Source: a bacterium (GTDB taxonomy: Bacteria > Zhuqueibacterota > Zhuqueibacteria > Oceanimicrobiales > Oceanimicrobiaceae). Taken from it: 47,145 bases of DNA. Location of the stretch: NCBI GenBank assembly GCA_037446635.1, contig JBBIIG010000007.1, positions 67,674-114,818 of the forward strand, given 5' to 3'. The notes beneath the pieces are model-generated. The model saw only the letters and a list, made by a program, of their open reading frames with translations. It was not told the DNA's origin and made no database searches. The position numbers and the translations under genes are program-made. Shown here one piece after another: positions 38,264 to 47,145 of this stretch; positions within the stretch are counted from its first letter, which is position 1, and each line of letters begins with the position of its first letter.

Positions 38264-40402
38264 ATGACTAAACAGTTTGTATTAGGCACTATGGCTGCCT
38301 TTTTTCTCTTAATTTCCTTCGAAAGAGTCTTTGCGTCTCAAGATTGGATTTGGCAGAATCCCCTTCCCCAGGGAAATAATTTGTATGGTGTATTTTTCGT
38401 CAACCCCGATACCGGCTTCGTGGTGGGCGGCGAAGGCGTCATCCTCCGTACCAACGACGGCGGCCAGTCCTGGACGCCGCAAATCAGCGGAACCACCAAC
38501 TTTCTGCGAGGAATCTATTTTACCGGTACCAACCGCGGGATAGCGATTGGCATTCAAGGGACCATTTTGCGCACTACCAACGGCGGACAAACCTGGACGT
38601 CTCAAAATTTGAACACCAATAAATCGGTGCGGGGCGTCTTTTTCAGCGACGCCGTCACGGGCACGGTGGTGGGAGAAGACGGCATCATTTTTCGTACCAA
38701 CGACGGTGGAACGAACTGGCAACCACAGGAAAGCGGCACCACCAAGTGGCTGCGTTCGGTTTCATTTATCGACCGCGAAAAAGGAGTGGCGGTGGGCGGC
38801 GGCGGCGTCATCATTCGCACTTCCAACGGCGGCGCCACTTGGGACAGCCGCCAAAGCGGCACCGACGTGGAGTTGCTGGGTGTCTCATATACAACCGATG
38901 ACGTGGTGGTGGCGGTCGGCCGAGAGGGTACCATTCTCCGTTCTACCGATGGCGGAAAAAGCTGGAGTCCACAAGAAACCGGCACCACCCGCGCTCTCCG
39001 CGATGTGTTTTTCACTCACCCGGATAGCGGCACCGCGGTGGGAAGCGCTGGCTGGATCCTGCGCACCAATGACGGCGGCCAGACCTGGGTTCGGCAAAGA
39101 AATGGCATCCGATCGTTGGACGCCGAGCTGCGGGCGGTGCAATTCTTGAATTCTCAGCTCGGCTTTGTTGTTGGTTTTGACGGCACGATCTTGCGCACCG
39201 ACAACGGCGGCGAGGAATGGGTGAACTTTTTGGAGGGCGTCACCGAAGACCTGAACGCCATTGCCTATTTGGATACCAGTTCCGCCTACGTGGTGGGAGA
39301 TAACGGCGTCATTCTCAAAACCACCAATCATGGCCGCGAGTGGATTCCACAAGCGAGCGGCACCAGTATGGATCTGAACAGCATCGTTTTCAATGAGTCT
39401 GGAACAGGCGTAACGGTGGGAGAGCGGGGCATCATTCTTCTCGCGGTTGATGGCGAGACCTGGAACAATCAGCCCAGCGGGACCACTCGGAATCTCAACC
39501 ACGTTCTGTTCACCAGCAGTTTCGGGATCGCAGTCGGTGATAGCGGCGCAATTTTGCGAACAACTACCGGCGGTTTGACCTGGAACACGGTCAGCAGCCA
39601 TACCACCGCCAACCTGCGGCATGTGCATTTTTCCAATAATTTTACCGGAACCATCGTCGGCGATTCGGGGACCATTTTGCGCTCCTTGTCCGGCGGCGGT
39701 CAGTGGTCGGCACAACAGAGCGGCACCACGGCTAATTTAAATGGGGTGTATTTTTTTGACGATCGCAGAGGCATAGTAATTGGCAGTGGCGGAATGATTC
39801 TCACCACCAGCAACGGCGGCACCACTTGGAGTGTGCTGCCCAGCGGAACGGACTACGATTTGATGCGAGTTTATTTTTATACCGCCAACCGCGGCATTAT
39901 TGTCGGTAGCCATCCGGTGCAGGAGCAGGGTGGGCTCATTCTGCGGAGCGAGGACGGCGGCGCCACGTGGTCGCCGGAGGCCAGCGGTACTTTCAAAGAT
40001 CTGTTCGATGTCGCCGTCTGCAGCGACGGCTCGGCGACGGTGGTGGGTGAGAGCGGCGCCATTCTTTTCAAAAAAAATTTTGACACCGTCGTGAGTGTGG
40101 ATTCCCCACCGCAACCAGCGAATTTCACCCTGTTTCAAAATTACCCCAATCCATTCAACCCCTCCACAATCATTAGCTACCAATTGGATGACTTTGCGCC
40201 CGTGCGATTGGTCATTTTCAACGTGTTGGGCCAAAAGGTAAGAACTCTGGTAAACTCCCGCCAGCCCGCAGGCCGCCACCTAGTGGAGTGGAATGGGCAG
40301 AACGATGACGGCGTGGTCGTTCCCACCGGCGTGTATTTTTGCCGTTTGGAAGCTGGTTCGGGCCAGCTAAGCAAGATCATCAAATTAGTGTTATTGAAAT
40401 GA
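38264..40402 (+). CDS. Secreted YCF48/BNR-repeat beta-propeller protein with CTD
   Basis: 14 repeats of about 42 aa (VG..G.ILRT.DGG.TW..Q.SGT..L..V.F); NYPNPFNP CTD. Confidence 0.88.
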   Translation: MTKQFVLGTMAAFFLLISFERVFASQDWIWQNPLPQGNNLYGVFFVNPDTGFVVGGEGVILRTNDGGQSWTPQISGTTNFLRGIYFTGTNRGIAIGIQGTILRTTNGGQTWTSQNLNTNKSVRGVFFSDAVTGTVVGEDGIIFRTNDGGTNWQPQESGTTKWLRSVSFIDREKGVAVGGGGVIIRTSNGGATWDSRQSGTDVELLGVSYTTDDVVVAVGREGTILRSTDGGKSWSPQETGTTRALRDVFFTHPDSGTAVGSAGWILRTNDGGQTWVRQRNGIRSLDAELRAVQFLNSQLGFVVGFDGTILRTDNGGEEWVNFLEGVTEDLNAIAYLDTSSAYVVGDNGVILKTTNHGREWIPQASGTSMDLNSIVFNESGTGVTVGERGIILLAVDGETWNNQPSGTTRNLNHVLFTSSFGIAVGDSGAILRTTTGGLTWNTVSSHTTANLRHVHFSNNFTGTIVGDSGTILRSLSGGGQWSAQQSGTTANLNGVYFFDDRRGIVIGSGGMILTTSNGGTTWSVLPSGTDYDLMRVYFYTANRGIIVGSHPVQEQGGLILRSEDGGATWSPEASGTFKDLFDVAVCSDGSATVVGESGAILFKKNFDTVVSVDSPPQPANFTLFQNYPNPFNPSTIISYQLDDFAPVRLVIFNVLGQKVRTLVNSRQPAGRHLVEWNGQNDDGVVVPTGVYFCRLEAGSGQLSKIIKLVLLK

Positions 40403-40489
40403 CGGCAGAATTCTTGGTCGTCAATGTTCGAGGTCTTTTCAATTTTTGACGCCAGCCGTTCGTTCGCTGCCCTTATCTCATTTTTTTCC

Positions 40490-40517
40490 TTGCAAAAATT
40501 TCAGCTTTTGCTAAACT
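40490..40517 (+). promoter_or_regulatory. Promoter of corA (extended -10), probably leaderless transcript
   Basis: TTGCAA-16 bp-TAAACT preceded by TGn; ATG 7 nt downstream with no SD. Confidence 0.55.
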
Positions 40518-40523
40518 TTTGAT

Positions 40524-41588
40524 ATGTCAAACAAGAAAGCACAACGTGCTCGCAAAGCCGGCCTCTCGCCGGGCACGCTCATTCACATCGGTGAGAAAAA
40601 AACCGCGCAGGTGAAAATCACCCTGATGGATTACGATGAAAGCCATTTGGAAGAGAAAGTGATCCAGCGGGTGGAGGAGTGTTTTCCGTTTAATAACACC
40701 TCTTCGGCCACCTGGCTGCAAATCAACGGGCTGCACCAGGTTGAGGTGATCAAAACCCTCGGCGAGCGTTTCGGCATTCATCCGCTGGTTTTGGAAGACA
40801 TCCTCAACACCGAGCAGCGCCCCAAAATGGAGGACTTCGAGCAGTACATTTTTGTGGTGTTGAAGATGGTGGATTTTGTCGAGGGCAAAATTGAAATCAC
40901 CGCGGATCAGCTCAGCATCGTTTTCGGGTCGAATTTTCTGATCTCGTTTCATGAACGCGAAAACGGCGTGTTCCAGTCGGTGAAGGAACGAATCCGCAGC
41001 GGCAAAGGCCGGCTGCGAACTCGCGGCGTCGATTACCTCGCCTTCGCGCTGCTGGACTCGGTGGTGGACCACTATTTTGTGATCCTCGAGACCCTGCAGC
41101 AGCGCATTGAGGAATTGGAAGATCGTCTGATCGCCGATTCCGATTCATCTTCGATTCAGGAAATTCACGAGCTGCGGCGCCTGGTAATTTTACTGCGCAA
41201 GTCAGTTTGGCCGCTGCGGGAGCTCATCGCCGGGCTGCAAAGATTGGAGACGCCGCTGGTCACCGATTTCACCGACGTTTACTTGCGCGACCTTTACGAT
41301 CACGTGGTGCAGGTGATCGACACCGTCGAAACCTACCGCGAGCTGCTTTCCAGCATGGTGGAAATCTATCTCACCGGCATCAGCAACCGCATGAACGCGA
41401 TCATGAAAGTGCTGACGATGATCGCCACCATTTTCATCCCACTGACATTTATCGCTGGCATCTACGGCATGAATTTCGAGTACATGCCGGAGCTGGAGTG
41501 GCGCTGGGGTTACCCGGCGGTTGGGTTGGTGATGCTCCTGATTGGCGCGGCGATGCTGGTTTACTTCAAACGCAAAAAATGGCTTTAA
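40524..41588 (+). CDS. corA: Magnesium/cobalt transporter CorA
   Basis: GLSPGTL, HPLVLEDILNT.QRPK, GIYGMNF, MPEL.W.WGY. Confidence 0.96.
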   Translation: MSNKKAQRARKAGLSPGTLIHIGEKKTAQVKITLMDYDESHLEEKVIQRVEECFPFNNTSSATWLQINGLHQVEVIKTLGERFGIHPLVLEDILNTEQRPKMEDFEQYIFVVLKMVDFVEGKIEITADQLSIVFGSNFLISFHERENGVFQSVKERIRSGKGRLRTRGVDYLAFALLDSVVDHYFVILETLQQRIEELEDRLIADSDSSSIQEIHELRRLVILLRKSVWPLRELIAGLQRLETPLVTDFTDVYLRDLYDHVVQVIDTVETYRELLSSMVEIYLTGISNRMNAIMKVLTMIATIFIPLTFIAGIYGMNFEYMPELEWRWGYPAVGLVMLLIGAAMLVYFKRKKWL

Positions 41589-41600
41589 GCGGAGGCGCAC

Positions 41601-42470
41601 ATGACGTTTGAGGAACTGCTGTCCCTCATCGAGAAAATTTTTGCGTATCAACTGTTCACCATCAAAAGCACGCACGTGACCGTTTCCTCACTGCTGATGT
41701 TTTTTCTGGTGATGGTGGGGTTTCTGGTGTTGTCCCGCGTTTTTATTAGAATATTTTTGAGGAAGCTGCTTGCGACCTTCAAGCTCGAACAATCGACCCA
41801 ATATGCTTTGGGCCGCATCACCCATTACATTATTCTGGTGGTAGGCGCCATCGTCGCCTTTCAGTTCATCGGCATCGATTTGAGCGGGCTGATGGTGGTG
41901 TTCGGGTTTCTTTCGGTGGGCATTGGATTTGGCTTGCAGAACCTCACCTCAAATTTTATTTCGGGTTTGATTCTGCTGTTTGAGCAGCCCATCAAAGTTG
42001 GCGACCGCGTGACCGTTGGCAACACCGAAGGCGACGTGGAGGAAATCAACATGCGCTCCACCACCGTTCGTTCTCTGAATAACATCGCGATTATCGTTCC
42101 CAATTCTGAGTTTATCTCTTCCACGGTGGTGAACTGGTCGCACAGCGATCTGCGCATCCGGCTGGATATCGACGTCGGAGTTTCGTATGACTCGGATCTC
42201 GATCTGGTTTTGCGATCGCTGCGCGAGGTGGCGGAGGAAAATTCTGAGGTGTTGAAAGAGCCCAAACCGGAGACCCTGTTCATCGAGTTTGGAGACTCGT
42301 CGTGGAATCTTCGTTTGCGGGTTTGGATTAACGATCCGAAACGTCATCAACAGGTGCGCTCGGATATCAACTGCGCTATCGTGCGTAAATTCCGCGCGAA
42401 TAAAATCGAGATTCCCTTTCCGCAGCGCGATCTGCACATTCGCTCGCCGCTGGTTGTAAATCAAACGTAG
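41601..42470 (+). CDS. mscS: Small-conductance mechanosensitive channel (MscS family)
   Basis: VGIGFGLQN...NFISG.ILLFE.PIKVGD, IIVPNS, VGVSY, IEIPFPQRDLH. Confidence 0.92.
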   Translation: MTFEELLSLIEKIFAYQLFTIKSTHVTVSSLLMFFLVMVGFLVLSRVFIRIFLRKLLATFKLEQSTQYALGRITHYIILVVGAIVAFQFIGIDLSGLMVVFGFLSVGIGFGLQNLTSNFISGLILLFEQPIKVGDRVTVGNTEGDVEEINMRSTTVRSLNNIAIIVPNSEFISSTVVNWSHSDLRIRLDIDVGVSYDSDLDLVLRSLREVAEENSEVLKEPKPETLFIEFGDSSWNLRLRVWINDPKRHQQVRSDINCAIVRKFRANKIEIPFPQRDLHIRSPLVVNQT

Positions 42471-42609
42471 GGGCGTATTGCGATACGCCCTACGGGTGTA
42501 TCTCGATACACCCCATCTCTCGCTCCCACGCTCCAGGTGGGAGCGAACTCGGAGATCCCGCTAAGAATTTTTCTCTGCGAACCTTCGCGTCTTGGCGGCT
42601 TTGCGAGAG
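42467..42609. repeat. Mosaic cluster of REP-like palindromes
   Basis: GTAGGGGCGTATTGCGATACGCCCTAC (42467-93); GGGTGTATCTCGATACACCC (42494-513); TCGCTCCCAC-GCTCCAG-GTGGGAGCGA (42520-46); (c)ttyGCG tandem run (42573-609). Confidence 0.8.
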
Positions 42610-42651
42610 GACTTTTTGCTTTTTTGCACAGATTTCACTTATAAAAGACTA

Positions 42652-45600
42652 ATGAATATGCGCGCGCTCAAAGAAAAAAAAGATAAGCCGGCCAGTTCCG
42701 TGCCCACGGCCACCGTTACCATTCCAGTTAACCCCCGTACAGAGACGGCTGATTTCGATCTCAATCCCATTTTAGACGAATCCTTTTTTCTGGCTTACGG
42801 GGTTTTGAAAAATTTTCTGAACCCTTTACACCAGTGCGCCCGCCAAAAAATAACCGGTCTGGTGGAAATAAATTCCAGACTCCATCAACGCCTGAGTGAA
42901 TTAACTCAGAATGATTTTTCTCCCGCAACCTTTTGTCGTGAATTGGAGGCGGCAACGAAGGAATACCTCCAGTGGCTCGAAGCGGGCCCATTTCTCGATG
43001 ACGCCGAGTTTGCCCGCGATCTGTTGAATCCGCTGGATCAGGAATTTCAGCAGCTTTGTCAAAAGCTGCCGGCATTTGTGACGATTACCGTTGCTGACGA
43101 ATTTTGGCAGCCCGCGTCTGGCGATCCGCTCCTGATTCGTTGGTGGAAAAGAGGTGTCGCGCTGCGTTTGAGCTTTCAACGATTTGCTTACAAAATCGCG
43201 AACCGCATCCGCGCCCTGCTGCGGCGGCCCGAGCAAACAGCGCCGCCCCGGCAGCGCAACATCGCAGCTCAGCCATTTTTGAAATTTCATCTTGAGTTAC
43301 CGCTGGCAACATTCCTGCTCGAAGAGCGGCAGCGGAATTTGCGCGGCCTGGCGGAGCAGGTGCATCAAATCCATCAAGGCACCGAAAGCATGATGTTTGA
43401 CTTGCTGTTTTTGGATGATCTCAAAGAGCTTTATCTTAATCCACCTCCAGAAAAAGTTGCCCCCAAATTGCAAAGCCTCAAAAATCAAATCCAGAACCTG
43501 CAAGCTGATTTAGAAAACATAAACGTTTCTGAAAGCGAGAAGCGGCTGCAAGAATTTTTAGATGACGCGCACCGTTCCCTGCGGCTCCATTGGGAAAGGG
43601 CCGGAACCGTCGTGCTGCCAAACCAGCGATTTGGCGATCTCAAAGTTGCAAAGGGCTGGCGCAGTCTCGAGCAGGATTTTAATGAAGCACAGAAATCGTG
43701 GGCTCAGCATTTCGAGGGCGAAAAGCATGATTGGCAGAAAGACTTGCAGCTTTCGGAGCTGCAATTGCGGGCCACCCAAATCTGTTTCGACACCCTCGGC
43801 GCGATGGTGAAAAAAATCCGCCAGCAAATCCTGCCGGAATTTGAGCGGCTGCACAATCTGCTGGCGGCTTCTTTAGAACGATTTCAGAAAATTGAGCAGC
43901 CGAGCGATTCGGAGCTCGAGCGCGCCATTCTCGATGAAAATCGCAGCTTGGTGCGCGACCTGCGGCGCGAGCACCTGCCGCACATCAGCGAAATTATTTT
44001 GCAGGCGAAGTTGGTGAAGGCGGTGGAAAATTGTGGCTCGCGCATCGGCCACACAATTGAAAGCCTGCCTGATCGGCACCGCATTTTCCGCTCGGTGGAT
44101 TTGAAAGGCCTGCGGCCCAAATCAAACGTGGTGGAAATTGCTTTGAAGGATTTGGTGTTGAGCGAAACTTACTCGAAATTGGAAAAAGAACACGCGGCGT
44201 TTGCGAGCGAGATTCAGCAAAAAGTGGATAAAATTGTCCGAGATATTTCGGAGATCGATCAGATCATCGAAGTTAATTTGGAAGCCGCGTTGGAACTGCT
44301 GCAGGAAGAGTCCTCCGAGACGCAGGCGGAGGCGCACAGCGTGGCGCTGCAGGGCGTCCAACGGGCAAAGAATCAGATCATTTCTTTGATTCAACAAATT
44401 GAAGAGATCGCCGCGCAAAGTGAAGAGACGCTGTTGAAACTTGCTCTCGACTTTGAAAAGCAAATTAAGGTGCTGGCCGACAACGAAAAAATTCTCGACT
44501 TAAAGCTGCGAGTGGCCAGGGCTCGTTCCCGTGAACAAGTTCGCGACTACCGCCGGCAGATTTTAAAGAGCCTGAAGTTGGCGCTGCCCACGCTTCGGGC
44601 CGAAGGTTCCGAGCTGTTCAAAAAGATTCGCGACAGCTACTTCCGCATCCGGAAAATCACCGGGCTGGCGCACGCCACGGTTGACGCCGAAGCGAAGCTG
44701 ATCCAATTTGTCAGCGAAACCCAGCGGCGAATCAATCGGCTGCCTTATGTTTATCAGCGGTTGTTTCGCATCGAGCCGTTGACCGACGAACGCTTTTTTG
44801 GCGGACGGGCTGAGGATTTAGAATATCTTAAAAACGCCTTTGCCGCCTGGAGGGCCGGCGAATACGGGGTCACGGCAATCGTGGGAGAAAAAGGCAGCGG
44901 CAAAACCACTCTGCTGAATTTTGCCACAAGTGAAATTTACAGTAAACTTCCTTTGCAAAAGATCGAATTGGCCGGGCTCGCCGTCAGTGATGAAAAAAAA
45001 TTGTTTCTTCTATTAAAGGATGCGTTGCATTTCGACGACGCGGCCAACCTGGATGACCTCGAGAGGCGGCTCATAAATTTGGAGAATCAAAAAATTATTG
45101 TGGTTGAGGATCTCCAGAATCTGTTTATTCGCACGGTAGACGGCTTCGACGCGCTGGAGCGGTTTCTGTCTTTGATATCGCGAACGCATCGCAGCGTTTA
45201 CTGGGTGGCAACTTGCACCCGTTATAGCTGGCGTTATTTAGATCGCGTGCTGAACGTTTCCAAATTTTTTCAGCATGTTATTTCATTGGGCAGTCTCACT
45301 CAGGAAGATATCGAAAACATTATTTTGAAACGCCACCGGGTGAGCGGGTACAAGTTGGTGTTTGAACCGCCGCCGGAAGCGAGCCAATCCAAAAAATTCA
45401 AAAAGCTTGCTTCCGAAGCGGCGCGCCAAGATTTTTTGCAGGATTTGTACTTCGGACAATTGAATCAACTGGCGGCCGGCAACATCACGATAGCGATGAT
45501 GTTCTGGCAAAGCGCCATCCAAAAAATCGCGCAGGAGAGCATGCAAATTTCTCTAAAGAATTTTGACGCCTCGTTTCTCCACCAATTGCCGGCCGAAGAA

Positions 45601-45816
45601 TTGTTTACGTTAGCCGCGCTTTTACAGCACGAGATGCTCCGCATCGAAGAGCACGCCACGATTTTTCACCAGGATATTCAACAGAGCACGCTTTTGATGA
45701 ACCGCATGGCCAATCGCGGCATACTTTATGAAAAATCCAATGGCTGTTTTCAAATCAATTTTCTTTTGTATCGCGCGGTGGTGCAAACGCTGGCTGCAAA
45801 AAATATCCTTCATTAA
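42652..45816 (+). CDS. Large protein: long helical N-terminus plus C-terminal P-loop (AAA/STAND-like) ATPase
   Basis: FFGGRAE, Walker A GEKGSGKTT, Walker B IIVVED, AAGN motif and a possible winged-helix tail; start at 42652 or 42658. Confidence 0.8.
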   Translation: MNMRALKEKKDKPASSVPTATVTIPVNPRTETADFDLNPILDESFFLAYGVLKNFLNPLHQCARQKITGLVEINSRLHQRLSELTQNDFSPATFCRELEAATKEYLQWLEAGPFLDDAEFARDLLNPLDQEFQQLCQKLPAFVTITVADEFWQPASGDPLLIRWWKRGVALRLSFQRFAYKIANRIRALLRRPEQTAPPRQRNIAAQPFLKFHLELPLATFLLEERQRNLRGLAEQVHQIHQGTESMMFDLLFLDDLKELYLNPPPEKVAPKLQSLKNQIQNLQADLENINVSESEKRLQEFLDDAHRSLRLHWERAGTVVLPNQRFGDLKVAKGWRSLEQDFNEAQKSWAQHFEGEKHDWQKDLQLSELQLRATQICFDTLGAMVKKIRQQILPEFERLHNLLAASLERFQKIEQPSDSELERAILDENRSLVRDLRREHLPHISEIILQAKLVKAVENCGSRIGHTIESLPDRHRIFRSVDLKGLRPKSNVVEIALKDLVLSETYSKLEKEHAAFASEIQQKVDKIVRDISEIDQIIEVNLEAALELLQEESSETQAEAHSVALQGVQRAKNQIISLIQQIEEIAAQSEETLLKLALDFEKQIKVLADNEKILDLKLRVARARSREQVRDYRRQILKSLKLALPTLRAEGSELFKKIRDSYFRIRKITGLAHATVDAEAKLIQFVSETQRRINRLPYVYQRLFRIEPLTDERFFGGRAEDLEYLKNAFAAWRAGEYGVTAIVGEKGSGKTTLLNFATSEIYSKLPLQKIELAGLAVSDEKKLFLLLKDALHFDDAANLDDLERRLINLENQKIIVVEDLQNLFIRTVDGFDALERFLSLISRTHRSVYWVATCTRYSWRYLDRVLNVSKFFQHVISLGSLTQEDIENIILKRHRVSGYKLVFEPPPEASQSKKFKKLASEAARQDFLQDLYFGQLNQLAAGNITIAMMFWQSAIQKIAQESMQISLKNFDASFLHQLPAEELFTLAALLQHEMLRIEEHATIFHQDIQQSTLLMNRMANRGILYEKSNGCFQINFLLYRAVVQTLAAKNILH

Positions 45817-45950
45817 AGCGATTAAACTGAATTGACAGTCATTTAGGAGGAATCTTTTTTGCAGACAGGATGATATCCAATAAAAAGACTCCTCCTGAGT
45901 GACAGGAAGATTCTCGACACTCAACTTTTAATTGAATTCCTGGATAGAAT

Positions 45951-46919
45951 ATGATCTCCAAATTTCTGTTCGTTTTATTCTCTGCGGCGACATGTTTGAG
46001 CGACGCGTTTCTGCTGGCGCAGGCGGTTCAGGACACCACGCAGATCGCCGCAAAAAGTCCGGAGAAGACCACGGAAGCAATTCGGCGATCTATTCAGGAG
46101 AGTAAACCCGAGTGGTCGCTGACCTTCGGCAAAGTATTTTGGACGGCCGTAATTTTGACGATCGCCTATTTCGCCATCAAATATCTGACCCGGCTGCTGG
46201 AAAATTTGGCGGAGCGCTGGACCAACCTGCGGTTGGGCATCAAGCGGGTGATTCCAATTTTGCGCATCGCCGGCTGGACGTTGGCGATTTACATCATCAT
46301 CGCGGATATTCTAGCGCCGCCCATCGCCACGCTGCTGGCGGTGACGGCCTCGGCGGGCATTGCTGTCGGCTTCGCTTCCCAGGATATTTTGAAAAATATT
46401 TTTGGTGGCATCATGATTTTGTTCGACCGTCCATTTCAAGTGGGAGATAAAATCGAAGTTGGAAGTCACTATGGCGAGGTGGTGAGCATTGGCTTGCGCA
46501 CCGTGCGCATTGTAACGCCGGACGATTCGCTGGTGTCGATTCCCAACAGCGAGATGGTCAACCAGTCGGTTTCCAACGCCAACTCCGGCGAGACCAACTG
46601 TCAGGTGGTGGCGGAGTTTTATTTGCCGGCGCACATCGATATTGTAAAAGCTAAAAAAATCGCCTATCGCGCCGCGCAGGTTTCACGCTACGTTTATTTG
46701 AACAAACCCATTTCCGTAGCGTTGCGAAATGAAATTCACGAAGGGCGTTCGCTTCTCAAAATGCGGTTGAAGGCTTATGTACTGGACATCCGCTACGAGT
46801 TTCCGTTTGCCACAGAGATGACCGAGACGGTGATCCAGGAATTTTTAAAGAATGATATAGTCAGCGCGGATGAATTGTCCGTCGTCGCCGCAGTTAAGAA
46901 TTTCAAGAACAATAAGTGA
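45951..46919 (+). CDS. Second MscS-family mechanosensitive channel
   Basis: IAVGFASQDILKNIFGG.MILFDRPFQVGD, IGLRTVRI.T.DDSLVSIPN. Confidence 0.9.
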   Translation: MISKFLFVLFSAATCLSDAFLLAQAVQDTTQIAAKSPEKTTEAIRRSIQESKPEWSLTFGKVFWTAVILTIAYFAIKYLTRLLENLAERWTNLRLGIKRVIPILRIAGWTLAIYIIIADILAPPIATLLAVTASAGIAVGFASQDILKNIFGGIMILFDRPFQVGDKIEVGSHYGEVVSIGLRTVRIVTPDDSLVSIPNSEMVNQSVSNANSGETNCQVVAEFYLPAHIDIVKAKKIAYRAAQVSRYVYLNKPISVALRNEIHEGRSLLKMRLKAYVLDIRYEFPFATEMTETVIQEFLKNDIVSADELSVVAAVKNFKNNK

Positions 46920-46953
46920 TCTCGCCTTTGCTATCCTGTCCGATTATTAACCC

Positions 46954-47145
46954 ATGAAAACGTTGCCGCGAAAAGCAATACGGATGTGCTTTTGCATCCT
47001 TTTATTTTCCTGTTCCTGGCTGCCGGCAAAGGAGCGCCCCACCATTGGCTTGGCATTGAGCGGCGGCGGAGTCAAAGGGTTTTCGCAGATTGGCGTGCTA
47101 AAAGTCTTTGAGGAAATCGGCCTGCCTATCGATTACATTTCCGGC
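46954..47145 (+). CDS. Patatin-like phospholipase, N-terminal part, truncated by window end
   Basis: Translates MKTLPRK...RPTIGLALSGGGVKGFSQIGVLKVFEEIGLPIDYISG; glycine-rich oxyanion loop, window ends at the first G of GxSxG. Confidence 0.9.
   Translation, partial: MKTLPRKAIRMCFCILLFSCSWLPAKERPTIGLALSGGGVKGFSQIGVLKVFEEIGLPIDYISG

Noticed and set aside
38264..40402. Photosystem II assembly factor, or a DNA repeat array
   Set aside because: Repeats are protein-level propeller blades; no photosynthesis genes nearby
42467..42609. Possible CRISPR array
   Set aside because: Palindromes differ from each other, with no constant repeat-spacer period and no cas genes

Overview
Bacterial chromosomal window with GC-rich genes and AT-rich spacers. 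Seven secreted proteins end in the 'NYPNPFN...WDG...SGxY...LxK' FlgD-Ig/T9SS-like C-terminal domain, which suggests an FCB-group lineage such as KSB1 or Calditrichota (inference). In order: the end of a DUF3473-type polysaccharide deacetylase, a GT-C glycosyltransferase, a giant SGNH esterase/Ig-repeat protein, two paralogous heparinase II/III-like lyases, an MBL-rhodanese fusion, a MacB-like permease, an RND relic, a CvrA antiporter, ppk2, DoxX, a phosphorus-scavenging group (ExeM/NucH-like nuclease, then phytase, purple acid phosphatase, lyase-like and TPR genes behind a sigma54-type promoter), a convergent operon (CPA2 antiporter, USP, Zn-ribbon/HEAT, unknown), a YCF48-repeat protein, corA, mscS, a large P-loop ATPase, a second mscS and the start of a patatin gene. 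Highlights: (i) a fluoride riboswitch with terminator followed in tandem by a second pseudoknot-like RNA motif, controlling an operon with no Fluc or CLC-F exporter; (ii) short palindromic repeats inside three protein-coding genes with the frame intact, alongside several intergenic REP-like families; (iii) an mscS-ATPase-mscS module. No CRISPR array, rRNA, tRNA or transposase was seen. All calls come from reading motifs by eye; no searches were run.
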